The notes under the pieces are model-generated. The model was not told the DNA's origin. It was given only the letters and a program-made list of their open reading frames with translations, and ran no database searches. From positions 1 through 64,000 of the forward strand of contig CBDCCZ010000012.1 of assembly GCA_965215005.1 (NCBI GenBank): a DNA stretch of 64,000 nucleotides, given 5' to 3'. The position numbers and the translations under genes were made by a program. Origin of the DNA: Kofleriaceae bacterium. GTDB taxonomy: Bacteria > Myxococcota_A > Polyangia > Haliangiales > Haliangiaceae. Of this stretch, positions 1 through 9,325 are shown piece after piece; within the stretch, counting starts at the first letter, position 1; each line of letters starts with the position of its first letter.

Positions 1-851
1 CCTGCTTTCGCCGCATTCGCCTCGTGCCCGACGCGATGGCCGCGGTGCTCAAGCAGTCGCCGGCGCTCGATGCGGTGTTGGCGATGGGCTCGCAAGACGA
101 TCCTATGCGGTTCTATCGCGACCACGTGCGCGGCTACCCGCATCGCGCGTTCTATCCCGCCAGCGGCGGCATGCGCGGGTTTGCGTGCGCTGCCCGCGCT
201 CGACTCGTCGCCCTCGGCGTCGAGGTCGTGACCGGCGTCGAAATCGAATCGATCGACATCGCAGGCCGCATCGAGCTCCGCCTGGGCGATCGCACGATCA
301 CCGCCGATCGCGCGCTTTGGGCCGCAGGCGCCGCCGGCCTCGAGCGCACCTGGACCGGCGCTTCCGAGCTCGAGCAGCACATCGCCGCCACTCCGATGGT
401 GCTCTACTACTTTCCGGTGCGCGCAAAGGACGTTGGCCCCTACTCCTACGTCAACTGCTTCGACACCGCCCGCGCCACCTTTCGCGCCTCGGTTCCGGGA
501 ACCTACGGCAAGGACAACGCCCCCGCCGGCATGTCCTACGTGTGCTGCGAAGTTCCCACGTCGATCGGCTCGCCGCGATGGCACGAGCCGGAGCAAAGCG
601 CGCGCGACATCTGGAATGAGATCGTGGAGCTCGGCGTCGCCAGCGGTGCCCCCGCGGGTCTCCATACCCTGCGCACGCCGGTTTCGTACAAGGCTCCCAA
701 GACAGGCTTCGCGGCCGCTAGCGCCGCGATTCGCCATCGCGCGGAGAGCTCACCGCTGGTGCTCGCCGACGAGTGGGGATTCTCCAAGAACCGCATCATC
801 ACTGAGCTGCGCGCGAGCCTGCCGCTCGCGGGCATCGAGAGGGCTGCATGA
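1..851 (+). CDS. FAD/NAD(P)-dependent oxidoreductase, C-terminal part (5' end outside window)
   Basis: Frame is open back to the window edge. 'FYPASGGM' and 'TITADRALWA' resemble amine-oxidase/protoporphyrinogen-oxidase-like flavoproteins. ATGA overlap with the next gene. Confidence 0.6.
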   Translation, partial: CFRRIRLVPDAMAAVLKQSPALDAVLAMGSQDDPMRFYRDHVRGYPHRAFYPASGGMRGFACAARARLVALGVEVVTGVEIESIDIAGRIELRLGDRTITADRALWAAGAAGLERTWTGASELEQHIAATPMVLYYFPVRAKDVGPYSYVNCFDTARATFRASVPGTYGKDNAPAGMSYVCCEVPTSIGSPRWHEPEQSARDIWNEIVELGVASGAPAGLHTLRTPVSYKAPKTGFAAASAAIRHRAESSPLVLADEWGFSKNRIITELRASLPLAGIERAA

Positions 852-1750
852 AGACTGCGCTCAAACCGCCGCATTACGACGTCGTCAGCGACGAGGCCGG
901 GTTCCGGCGCCTGGACCCGGTGCCCAGCGAAGCCGAGATCACCGAATTCTACGACCGCCAATACTATTCACTGGTGCAAGCGGGGAAACGCGGTCCCGAC
1001 GTCGCGCGGCTGATGCGCGGTGGCGACGACGCGGCGGTCCAACAGCGCTGGCAAGTGGCTACCCTATATCGCGACGTTCTCGATACGCTCGAGGCCTACG
1101 CGCCGGGTGACCGCGTCCTCGAGGTCGGCTGCGGCACCGGCGATTTGCTGCTGCACCTTGGCGAGCATCACTGGCAGACCCGCGGCGTCGAGATTTCGCC
1201 CACGGCCGCCGATCATGCGCGCGACCGCGGCCTGGCGATTTACACCGGCTCGTTCGAAGACTACGCAGATGGCGACGAATCCGCCGAGGTCGACGCCGTG
1301 CTCCTCATGAACGTGCTCGAGCAAACCCGCGACCCGCGCCGCGTGCTCGCCGCAGCGCGCCGCGTGCTTGCCCCCGGTGGCGTGATCTGCATTCGCTCGG
1401 GCAACGAGTTCAACCCACTGCAGCTGGCGGCAACCGAAGCGCTCGATAAGGCCGCGTGGTGGGTGTCGACGCCTGATCAAATCAACTACTTCAGCTTCCA
1501 ATCGCTAACCCGACTTCTCGACGAGAGTGGATTCCGCCAGCGCGATGCCTTCGCCGACTTTCCCATGGAGATGTTTCTGCTCATGGGGGATGACTATGTC
1601 GCCGACCCGGCGGTCGGTCGCGCCTGCCACGAGCGTCGCGTTCGCTTTGAAATGAGCCTGTCCACCGACGTCCGACGCACCCTCTACCGAGCCTTGGCAA
1701 CCGCGGGAATGGGCCGCTGCGCCTTCGTGATCGCTACCCGGGAGACCTAG
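848..1750 (+). CDS. Class I SAM-dependent methyltransferase (glycan-cluster type)
   Basis: Motif I VLEVGCGTG, 'GVEIS', 'NVLE', 'LAPGG'. Confidence 0.85.
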   Translation: MKTALKPPHYDVVSDEAGFRRLDPVPSEAEITEFYDRQYYSLVQAGKRGPDVARLMRGGDDAAVQQRWQVATLYRDVLDTLEAYAPGDRVLEVGCGTGDLLLHLGEHHWQTRGVEISPTAADHARDRGLAIYTGSFEDYADGDESAEVDAVLLMNVLEQTRDPRRVLAAARRVLAPGGVICIRSGNEFNPLQLAATEALDKAAWWVSTPDQINYFSFQSLTRLLDESGFRQRDAFADFPMEMFLLMGDDYVADPAVGRACHERRVRFEMSLSTDVRRTLYRALATAGMGRCAFVIATRET

Positions 1751-1753
1751 CGC

Positions 1754-2515
1754 ATGCGGGTGGCCATCATGCAGCCGACCTATCTGCCATGGCTCGGCTA
1801 CTTCGATCTCATGGCGCAAGTCGACGTGTTCGTGCTCCTCGATGACGTCGCGTTTGCGCCGCGGTCGTGGCAACAGCGCAATCGCATCGTGGTGGATGCG
1901 GAGCTCGCTTGGCTCACGGTACCAGTTGCGGTCAAAGGCCGACGCGGCCAGCGCATCGCGGACGTCGCAATCTCGGAGCCGCGGTTTGGCCACAAGCATC
2001 TGCGCACCCTCGGCCACGCCTACCGCCGCGCCGCGCATCTCGAAACGCTCGACGACCTGGCGGCGGTGCTCGGCCGCGAGCATCACCAGCTGGCGCTGCT
2101 CAACGAGCAGCTCCTGCGCATGATCGCTAGCGCGCTGGCGATCAAGACCCCGCTCGTGCGCGCCTCGCGGCTACCCGTGGGCGGCGCGCGCGGCGAGCAC
2201 CTGGCGCGGATCTGTGCCGCGCTCGGCGCCGACACCTATGTCTCCCCGCTTGGCTCCGCGGGATATCTGCAAGCAGAGCAGCGCGCATTCGCGACCCGGC
2301 GCATCGAGCTCGTGTTCCATCGCTTCGAGCATCCGCGCTATCGCCAGGTGTCCGAGCCGTTCGTGCCGCAGGCCGCAATTGTCGATTTACTGCTCAATGA
2401 AGGCCCCGCGGCGGCCGAAATCCTAGCCAGCGGGCGCCGCGAGGCGGCCCCGGCCAGCGACGTATTCGCCGCGCTCGACGCGGCAAAGGAACCAGCATGC
2501 ACAACGCTCCCGTGA
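1754..2515 (+). CDS. WbqC family protein
   Basis: N-terminal 'IMQPTYLPWLGYF...DVFVLLDDV...WQQRNRI' and C-terminal 'Y.Q...F.P..IVDLLLN.G' are typical of WbqC. Confidence 0.9.
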   Translation: MRVAIMQPTYLPWLGYFDLMAQVDVFVLLDDVAFAPRSWQQRNRIVVDAELAWLTVPVAVKGRRGQRIADVAISEPRFGHKHLRTLGHAYRRAAHLETLDDLAAVLGREHHQLALLNEQLLRMIASALAIKTPLVRASRLPVGGARGEHLARICAALGADTYVSPLGSAGYLQAEQRAFATRRIELVFHRFEHPRYRQVSEPFVPQAAIVDLLLNEGPAAAEILASGRREAAPASDVFAALDAAKEPACTTLP

Positions 2516-3552
2516 TTACCATCGGCGACCGCCCGATCGGCCCCGGGCATCCGCCGTACGTCATCGCCGAGATGAGCGCCAACCACCTTGGCGACTTCGA
2601 CCGCGCGATGCGCATCCTCGAGGTCGCAGCCGCCTGCGGCGCCGACGCGGTCAAGCTGCAGACCTATACCGCCGACACGCTCACCATCGAGAGTGAGCGG
2701 CCAGAATTCCATATTCAAGGCGGGCCGTGGAATGGCTACAGCCTCCACGCGCTGTACCGCGAGGCGCACACCCCCTGGGCCTGGCATCAGGCGCTGTTTG
2801 CGCGCGGTCGTGAGCTCGGCGTGGCGGTATTTAGCTCACCGTTCGACGACAGCGCCGTGGAGCTCCTCGAAGCGCTCGCGGCGCCCGCGTATAAAATCGC
2901 GTCGTTCGAGCTCGTCGACCACGGCCTGATCGAGCGCTGCGCGCGCACCGGCAAGCCGCTCATCCTCTCGACCGGCCTATCGAGCCCCGAGGAAATCGAC
3001 GAAGCGGTGGCCGTCGCGCGGCGCGCGAGCACCGCGGGAGTCGCAGTGCTGCACTGCATCAGCGGCTATCCTGCCGCGCCCGCCGAATTCAATTTGCGGC
3101 GCATGGCCGCGATCGCGGCGCAGACCGGCGCCGTGGTCGGCATCTCCGATCACTCGCCCGGTGCGACCATCCCCATCGCCGCCGCGGCGCTCGGTGCTTG
3201 CATCGTCGAGAAGCACCTCACGCTGCGCCGCGACGACGGCGGCCCCGACGCCGGCTTCTCGCTCGAGCCCGACGAGTTTGCCGCGGTCGTCGCAGGCGTA
3301 CGCACTGCGTGGCAGGCACTCGGCACCGGCGAGGCCGAGCGCGCCAGCAGCGAAGCGCAAAATCACCGCTATCGCCGCTCCCTGTACGCGGTGCGCGACA
3401 TCGGCGCCGGCGCGCCGATCACCGCCGAGGACGTGCGATCGATTCGGCCCAACCTCGGGCTCGCGCCCAAACACTTACCCGCGGTGCTCGGTCGCCGCGC
3501 CGCCTGCGCCATCGCCTGCGGCACCCCCATGGCCTGGGAGCTCTTGGCGTGA
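2497..3552 (+). CDS. pseI: Pseudaminic acid synthase (NeuB family with C-terminal SAF domain)
   Basis: IAEMSANH, AVKLQTYTADTLT, FSSPFD, YKIASFE, LHCISGYP, GISDH, EKH, RRSLY, IRP..GL.P. Confidence 0.9.
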   Translation: MHNAPVITIGDRPIGPGHPPYVIAEMSANHLGDFDRAMRILEVAAACGADAVKLQTYTADTLTIESERPEFHIQGGPWNGYSLHALYREAHTPWAWHQALFARGRELGVAVFSSPFDDSAVELLEALAAPAYKIASFELVDHGLIERCARTGKPLILSTGLSSPEEIDEAVAVARRASTAGVAVLHCISGYPAAPAEFNLRRMAAIAAQTGAVVGISDHSPGATIPIAAAALGACIVEKHLTLRRDDGGPDAGFSLEPDEFAAVVAGVRTAWQALGTGEAERASSEAQNHRYRRSLYAVRDIGAGAPITAEDVRSIRPNLGLAPKHLPAVLGRRAACAIACGTPMAWELLA

Positions 3553-3563
3553 ACGGAGACAAC

Positions 3564-4190
3564 ATGCAGACCATTCGGCATCAAACCGCGATGTGGCGCG
3601 GCGACTTTGGCAATGACTACATCGAGCGCAACCGAGCCACCGAGGAGCGAATTCGCACCCGCGTGCGCGCCTACGGCGAGATTCTCGCCCATACCGCCGG
3701 CTCACCGCCGCAGTCGATTCTCGAGTGCGGCTGCAACATCGGCCTCAACCTGCGCGCCCTCCGCCACCTCACCGGCGCCACGCTGATGGCCATCGAGCCC
3801 AATTCCCGGGCTCGGCAAATCGCCGCCGACGACGCGGTGCTTGCCGCCGAGCACCTCTACGACGCCACCCTGGCGCGGCTGCCTCTGCAGGACGCGAGCG
3901 TGGATCTGGTGTTCACCAGCGGCGTCTTGATTCACGTACCGCCCGACGATCTCGAGCGCGCCTATCACGAGATGTATCGGGTGAGCAGCCGGTATTTGCT
4001 CACGATCGAATACTTCTCGCCAAAGCCCGAAGTCATTCCCTATCGCGGCCAAGACGATCTGCTCTTCAAGCGCGATTTTGGCGGCACCTGGCTCGATCTG
4101 TATCCCAGCCTCGAGCCGCTCGCGCAGGGCTTCTTCTGGAAGCGCACCACCGGCATGGACGACGTTACCTGGTGGCTGTTTCGTAAGTAG
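3564..4190 (+). CDS. Pseudaminic acid biosynthesis-associated methylase
   Basis: W.GDFGNDYIERN, ILECGCNIGLNL, FTSGVLIH, EYF.P....YRG....LFKRDF. GGAG SD before ATG 3564. Directly follows pseI. Confidence 0.85.
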   Translation: MQTIRHQTAMWRGDFGNDYIERNRATEERIRTRVRAYGEILAHTAGSPPQSILECGCNIGLNLRALRHLTGATLMAIEPNSRARQIAADDAVLAAEHLYDATLARLPLQDASVDLVFTSGVLIHVPPDDLERAYHEMYRVSSRYLLTIEYFSPKPEVIPYRGQDDLLFKRDFGGTWLDLYPSLEPLAQGFFWKRTTGMDDVTWWLFRK

Positions 4191-4253
4191 AACGGTGCGG
4201 CGCATTCGGGGCCGCTGGACATCCGCCGGCGGCTCCGCCTATGGTGCGCGGCC

Positions 4254-6155
4254 ATGCTGTGGATTCTTGTCTCCGCGGCCATCGCCTGCGCAACGCCCGC
4301 AGAGCTGGCCGGCTTTGAGATCACGCCTAGCCGTGGCCATCAAGTCGCCGACCTGCCCGTCAACCTGACCCTGCGCGCGGTCGACGCCGCGGGCGGCACC
4401 GTCGAGACCTTCTGCGGCAGTGCCAGCGCCCAAGGGCTGCATACCGCCGAAGGCGGCGCCATCGCGGCGGTAGGCCCGTTTGCTGCCGGCAAAGCCACGG
4501 TCGAGAACGCGCGTCTCGACTCTGAAATCACGGTACGCGCCGGCGCCGTCGTCTCCACCTGGCGGCCGGCGATCCGCCAGATTCCCGGCCTGCTGTCACT
4601 GGTGCCACCGCTGCTGGCGATCGTGCTCGCGGTGCTGCTCCGTCAGGCGCTCTTGGCGCTGTTTGCCGGCATCTGGGTCGGCGCGTTCTTCGTCCACGAC
4701 TACGACCCATTCGTCGGCCTCGTGCGCACGTTCGATACCTATCTACCGGCAACGCTGGTGGATTCGGGCCACGCCGCCATCGTCATCTTCACCATGGCCT
4801 TGGGCGGGATGGTAGGCGTTGTGAGCCGTACCGGCGGCACGCGTGCGCTCGTCGAAGCCATCGGCCGTAAAGCTCACAGTCGCCGCTCTGGCATGCTCAC
4901 CGCCTGGGCTTCGGGGCTCGTGGTGTTTTTCGACGACTACGCCAACTGCTTGCTCGTAGGCAACACCGTCCGCCCGTTCACCGATGAGCTGCGCGTGTCG
5001 CGCGAGAAGCTGGCCTACATCGTCGATTCCACCGCTGCGCCCATTGCTACGGTGGCGCTGGTTTCCACCTGGGTTGGCTATCAAATCGGCATCTTCGAGG
5101 ATGTCTTTGCCGACGCCGCCTTTGGCGTGACCTCCGGCTACGACCTATTCCTGCGCATGCTGCCGTATAGCTTCTACAGCTTCTTCACCATCGGCTTCGT
5201 GTTCTTCATCGCCTGGAGCCGACGCGACTTTGGCCCGATGCTCGCGGCCGAGCGGCGCGCCTTCCGCGACGGTCACTTGGTTCGCCCTGGCGGACAGCCG
5301 CTGATGGACCGCGAGCTCACCGACATGGCGCCGGCCGATCACAGCCGCGCCCACTGGATGACCGCGGTGGTGCCGGTGGTGGCGGTGATCGTCATCGTCG
5401 TCGGCGGGCTCTACGTAAGTGGCGTGACTGCGCTCGGCGCTGCCGCCGGCGACGCTGGCCTGCGCGCGATCATCAGCGCCGCCGACTCCTACGCCGTGCT
5501 GCTGTGGGCCGCGTTTGGCGGCAGCATCGCGGCCTTCGTCATGGCATTTGCAACGCGCACCGCCTCGCTCAGCGAAGCGCTCGAGGCGTGGATCTCCGGC
5601 GTCAAAGCCATGGTCATCGCGGTGCTGATTTTAGTGCTCGCCTGGGGCCTCGGCGCCATGTGCCAGGAGCAGCTCGAGACCGGCCCGTGGCTGCTCTCGC
5701 AAATCGAGCCCAACCCGCACACCCTGCCCGTGCTCACCTTCTTCGTCTCCGGGGTCATCGCCTTGGCCACCGGCAGCTCGTTTTCGACCATGGCCATCGT
5801 CATTCCCATCGCCGGTCCCATGGCCTGGGCGGTCACCGGCGACGCCAACCTCGATGCGGCGACCTTGGAGTCGATTCGCTACGCCACCCTCGCCGCCATC
5901 CTCTCGGGCGCGGTCTTTGGCGACCACTGCTCGCCTATCTCAGACACCAGCATCATGTCGTCGATGTCGGCAGCCTCCGATCACATTGATCACGTCCGCA
6001 CCCAGGCCCCCTACGCCCTCGTCTGCGCCGCCATTGCCGCGCTGATCGGCTTCATCCCCGCTGGCTTTGGCATCTCCCCGCTCGTCACCGTGCCCCTCGG
6101 GCTCGCCGCCTGCGCCGCCTGCGTCTACGGCCTCGGCAAGTCTGCCGAAGACTAG
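4254..6155 (+). CDS. NhaC-family Na+/H+ antiporter with N-terminal extracytoplasmic extension
   Basis: FFDDYAN, SREKLAYIVDSTAAP, ATGSSF, GAVFGDHCSPISDT, DHVRTQ.PYA; many hydrophobic helices. Confidence 0.9.
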   Translation: MLWILVSAAIACATPAELAGFEITPSRGHQVADLPVNLTLRAVDAAGGTVETFCGSASAQGLHTAEGGAIAAVGPFAAGKATVENARLDSEITVRAGAVVSTWRPAIRQIPGLLSLVPPLLAIVLAVLLRQALLALFAGIWVGAFFVHDYDPFVGLVRTFDTYLPATLVDSGHAAIVIFTMALGGMVGVVSRTGGTRALVEAIGRKAHSRRSGMLTAWASGLVVFFDDYANCLLVGNTVRPFTDELRVSREKLAYIVDSTAAPIATVALVSTWVGYQIGIFEDVFADAAFGVTSGYDLFLRMLPYSFYSFFTIGFVFFIAWSRRDFGPMLAAERRAFRDGHLVRPGGQPLMDRELTDMAPADHSRAHWMTAVVPVVAVIVIVVGGLYVSGVTALGAAAGDAGLRAIISAADSYAVLLWAAFGGSIAAFVMAFATRTASLSEALEAWISGVKAMVIAVLILVLAWGLGAMCQEQLETGPWLLSQIEPNPHTLPVLTFFVSGVIALATGSSFSTMAIVIPIAGPMAWAVTGDANLDAATLESIRYATLAAILSGAVFGDHCSPISDTSIMSSMSAASDHIDHVRTQAPYALVCAAIAALIGFIPAGFGISPLVTVPLGLAACAACVYGLGKSAED

Positions 6156-6186
6156 CCACGCCACGCGCCCTCGCATCTGGCGCTTG

Positions 6187-6215
6187 AGCGGAGCGTGACT
6201 GCGCCGCGCTCCGCT
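6187..6215. terminator. Hairpin between convergent nhaC-like gene and guaB
   Basis: AGCGGAGCG...CGCTCCGCT inverted repeat; no clear U-tract. Confidence 0.4.
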
Positions 6216-6223
6216 GTTATCAA

Positions 6224-7690
6224 TTACTCCACGCGGTAGTTCGGCGCTTCCTTGGTGATGATGACGTCGTGTACGTGGCTCTCACGCAAGCCCTGCGACG
6301 TCACTCGCAAGAAGCGCGGCTTCTCGCGCATTTCGTCGATGGTCGCGCAGCCCACATACCCCATCGACGAGCGCAGGCCGCCGATGAGCTGATAGATGCT
6401 TTCCGACAGTGGACCCTTGTAAGGCACGCGGCCTTCGATGCCCTCGGGCACCAGCTTGCGGGCACTCGCAACATCTTCCTGAAAGTAGCGGTCGCTCGAG
6501 CCCGAGCGCATCGCACCGATCGAGCCCATGCCGCGATAGCCTTTGTAGCTGCGGCCTTGATAGAGAATGATCTCGCCCGGCGATTCATCGGTGCCGGCGA
6601 ACAGCGAGCCGACCATCACCGTGCTGGCGCCCGCCGCAATGGCTTTGGCGATGTCGCCGGAGTGTTTGATGCCGCCGTCGGCGATGCACGGGATCGATGC
6701 AGCCGCCGCGGCGCGCACGCAGTCGTCGATAGCGGTGAGCTGTGGAACGCCCACACCCGCGACGATCCGCGTGGTGCAGATCGAGCCGGGCCCAACACCG
6801 ACCTTCACCGCGTTGACCCCGGCGTCGATCAGCGCCAGGGTCGCCTCCGGCGTCGCCACGTTGCCGGCGATGATCTGCATGCTCGGAAAATTTTTGCGGG
6901 TATCGGCGACCGCCTCGAGTACTCCCCGCGAGTGGCCATGCGCGGTGTCGATGCAGATCACGTCGCACCCGGCCGCGAGCAGCGCATCGACCCGCGCCTC
7001 GCGATCCGGTCCAACTCCGACCGCCGCGCCGCAACGCAACCGACCCAGCTCATCTTTGGCGGCCAGCGGATGCTGCTCGGCTTGTTCGATGTCCTTAATC
7101 GTCACCAACCCCTTGAGCCGGCCCTCCGCATCGACCACGAGCAGCTTTTCGATGCGGTTTTCGTGCAACAGCTCCTTGCTCTCCTCCACCGTCACCGCTT
7201 CGCGCACGGTGATGAGCTGGCGAGTCATCACGTCGCCAACTTTCTGATCGAGGTTGCGCTCGAAGCGCACATCGCGGTTGGTCAAAATGCCGACCGGTCT
7301 CCCATCACCATCGACCACCGGCAGGCCAGAAATTCGATTCGACCGCATCAGGTGGAGCGCTTCTTCCAAGCGTCGATCGGGGGCGATGGTCACCGGATCG
7401 ACGACGATGCCCGACTCCGCCTTCTTGACCCGCGTTACCTCGCGCGCCTGATGCTCGATGGACATGTTCTTGTGAACGATGCCGATGCCGCCTTCGCGCG
7501 CCATGCGAATCGCAGTGGCCGACTCGGTGACGGTGTCCATCGCCGCGCTCAGCAGCGGAATCTGTAGTTGGATGCTGGTGGTGAGACGGGTGGAGATGTC
7601 GACGTCGCGCGGCAACACAGAGCTCTCCGCCGGCACGAGCAAGACATCATCAAACGTTAAAGCCTCGCGAATGTTTTCATCACCGAGCAT
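6224..7690 (-). CDS. guaB: IMP dehydrogenase
   Basis: [16 protein letters not shown], two CBS domains, [43 protein letters not shown]. Start taken at MLGDENIRE. Confidence 0.97.
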   Translation of the reverse strand: MLGDENIREALTFDDVLLVPAESSVLPRDVDISTRLTTSIQLQIPLLSAAMDTVTESATAIRMAREGGIGIVHKNMSIEHQAREVTRVKKAESGIVVDPVTIAPDRRLEEALHLMRSNRISGLPVVDGDGRPVGILTNRDVRFERNLDQKVGDVMTRQLITVREAVTVEESKELLHENRIEKLLVVDAEGRLKGLVTIKDIEQAEQHPLAAKDELGRLRCGAAVGVGPDREARVDALLAAGCDVICIDTAHGHSRGVLEAVADTRKNFPSMQIIAGNVATPEATLALIDAGVNAVKVGVGPGSICTTRIVAGVGVPQLTAIDDCVRAAAAASIPCIADGGIKHSGDIAKAIAAGASTVMVGSLFAGTDESPGEIILYQGRSYKGYRGMGSIGAMRSGSSDRYFQEDVASARKLVPEGIEGRVPYKGPLSESIYQLIGGLRSSMGYVGCATIDEMREKPRFLRVTSQGLRESHVHDVIITKEAPNYRVE

Positions 7691-7958
7691 CTGGAACCAT
7701 CCCGGCACCTTGCGAGGCGCCAACGACTGCAAGCAGAAAAGATGGCGCAGGATACGCACCGCTCCCAGGGCTGACAAGGATCGGCCCCCGCGGCCCCAGC
7801 CCGCCCAATCGGCGCGGTCAGCGCAGCGCAGGAGCAGCCACCGACCTAAGCGCCGCGGGCGCCGGCCGCAGCGGCCACCCTGGGGAGGCAGCTGGCCAGC
7901 TGGGGGACGCGCCCCCACGCCCGCAGTCGATTTGCCTTTAATTTTGATAACTTAAGTG

Positions 7959-7974
7959 TGGCATGCCTCTTGAT
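7959..7974 (+). promoter_or_regulatory. Possible variant sigma54 promoter (GA instead of GC at -12) with AT-rich upstream tract
   Basis: TGGCATGCCTCTTGAT, about 50 nt before ATG 8023, preceded by TTTAATTTTGATAACTTAA. Confidence 0.35.
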
Positions 7975-8022
7975 ATCAGGTCGTCTCGCAGCAGCGACTC
8001 AAAACGTATGGCGGAGGCAGCT

Positions 8023-9252
8023 ATGAAGAGACTCAGTAAGACGAAGACACTACTCACAGCGGGGCTTGCGGGCCTTGCATTGTCCGTAGGTGGTTGCGTT
8101 GGGCAAGGGCCCGAGATGGGCGGCCCCATGGGCAACGGCAACCCAACCGGCAACGGCACTCCCACCGACAACGGCACCCCCGGCGACAACGGCACTCCTG
8201 GCGACAACGGCACCCCGGTGGCCGGCGTCGCAGTGAGCGGCATGGTGATGGATCACGCCGGCGGCGATCCGCTCTCGGAGGCCTCGATCGCCACCGACGG
8301 CATCGCTCCGCCCATTACCACGGTTAGTGGCCTCGACGGCAGCTATCAGCTCGCCGACGTCCCGCCGGGAAGCTCGTTCTACGCCGATGTGACCCGGGCC
8401 AACTATCGGCCAACGCGGCAAGCACCGGTGGCCGTGCTCGAAACCGCCCTGCAGGCCAATTTCTACGCGGTGTCGAACGCCGAGGTCAACCGGCACTATG
8501 CGGGCGCGGAAGTCCTCGTGATCGCGCCGGATAGCGCCATCGTCATCGTCAATTTAATGCGCAACAACGGCGAGCCGCTGGTCGGGATTCCCGCAGCGGA
8601 CATCACCTTGCTCAACGGTCAGGCGCCAGTGGGACTAGGCCCCTACTTCGTCGGCCTGGCGGGCGATGCGGATGCCGGCGTTCTCGAGAGCGTCGAGGTC
8701 AACGGCGCCGCCAAGGCGGTCTTCCTCGACGTGCCCGCAGGCACCTACGAGCTCCTCGTCAATTACCCCGATGGTCAGGGCGCCATTCAAACCTTCCAAG
8801 TCCCGGTTACCACCGTGGCGCTCGGCGCCACGCTCACCATGACCGGCGGCATGGGCGGCGGCATGGGCGGCATGCCCGACGGCGGCATGCCCGGTGGTGG
8901 TGGCGGCGGCGGTGGCGGTGGCGGTGGCGGCGGCTTGCCCCCCGGCCTCACCTTCACTGCTGACGTCTACCCGCTGCTTCAGCGCGCCGCGCAAGGCGGC
9001 CTGGCCTGCGCCAGCTGCCACACCGCCGAAGGCACCGCGGCGCTGTTGCCGTTCGACCTTCCGGCCGCCGATGTTCACGCCGCGCTGCTAAACGGCCTGC
9101 GCGTCAACCTCAACCAGCCGGCAACCTCGACGCTGCTCACCAAGCCGCTCTACGAGACCCCGCCCAACCATCCCAACGCGACGTTCCTATCGGTTCTCGA
9201 CCCGAACTACATCACCATCCTCAATTGGATTCGCGGCGGCGCCCTGCTCTAA
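8023..9252 (+). CDS. Lipoprotein with carboxypeptidase-regulatory-like beta domains and C-terminal CxxCH (c-type heme) domain
   Basis: GGAGG SD; lipobox VGG-C; DNGTPG repeats; 'SGLDGSYQLADVPPG' and 'DVPAGTYEL'; poly-Gly linker; 'TFTADVYPLL..CASCH'. Confidence 0.7.
   Translation: MKRLSKTKTLLTAGLAGLALSVGGCVGQGPEMGGPMGNGNPTGNGTPTDNGTPGDNGTPGDNGTPVAGVAVSGMVMDHAGGDPLSEASIATDGIAPPITTVSGLDGSYQLADVPPGSSFYADVTRANYRPTRQAPVAVLETALQANFYAVSNAEVNRHYAGAEVLVIAPDSAIVIVNLMRNNGEPLVGIPAADITLLNGQAPVGLGPYFVGLAGDADAGVLESVEVNGAAKAVFLDVPAGTYELLVNYPDGQGAIQTFQVPVTTVALGATLTMTGGMGGGMGGMPDGGMPGGGGGGGGGGGGGGLPPGLTFTADVYPLLQRAAQGGLACASCHTAEGTAALLPFDLPAADVHAALLNGLRVNLNQPATSTLLTKPLYETPPNHPNATFLSVLDPNYITILNWIRGGALL
8152..8217 (+). 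repeat. 18-bp coding tandem repeat (NGTPxD) about 4 copies
   Basis: AACGGCACYCCY..CGAC repeated in the linker after the lipobox. Confidence 0.7.
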
Positions 9253-9276
9253 GGCACCAGCCATTGCGTAGCTATC

Positions 9277-9308
9277 ACGCGGCCGAGATTCTCGGCCGCG
9301 TTTTTTTT
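9277..9308 (+). terminator. Rho-independent terminator
   Basis: ACGCGGCCGAG-ATT-CTCGGCCGCGT hairpin running into T8. Confidence 0.9.
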
Positions 9309-9325
9309 GCCCACGTTCTTGCCGC

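Noticed and set aside
6269..7567. Long antisense or alternative-frame ORFs (also 9920-11323, 27715-29244, 38425-40179, 49085-50218)
   Set aside because: They overlap well-supported genes, are Arg/Ala/Pro-rich and lack motifs, as expected at this GC content.
7691..7918. N-terminal extensions in the ORF track for guaB, and likewise for glnD, Omp85 (to 39099), ion channel (from 56855) and the methylase (from 3198)
   Set aside because: Recognisable family sequence, SD sites or promoter boxes point to later starts.
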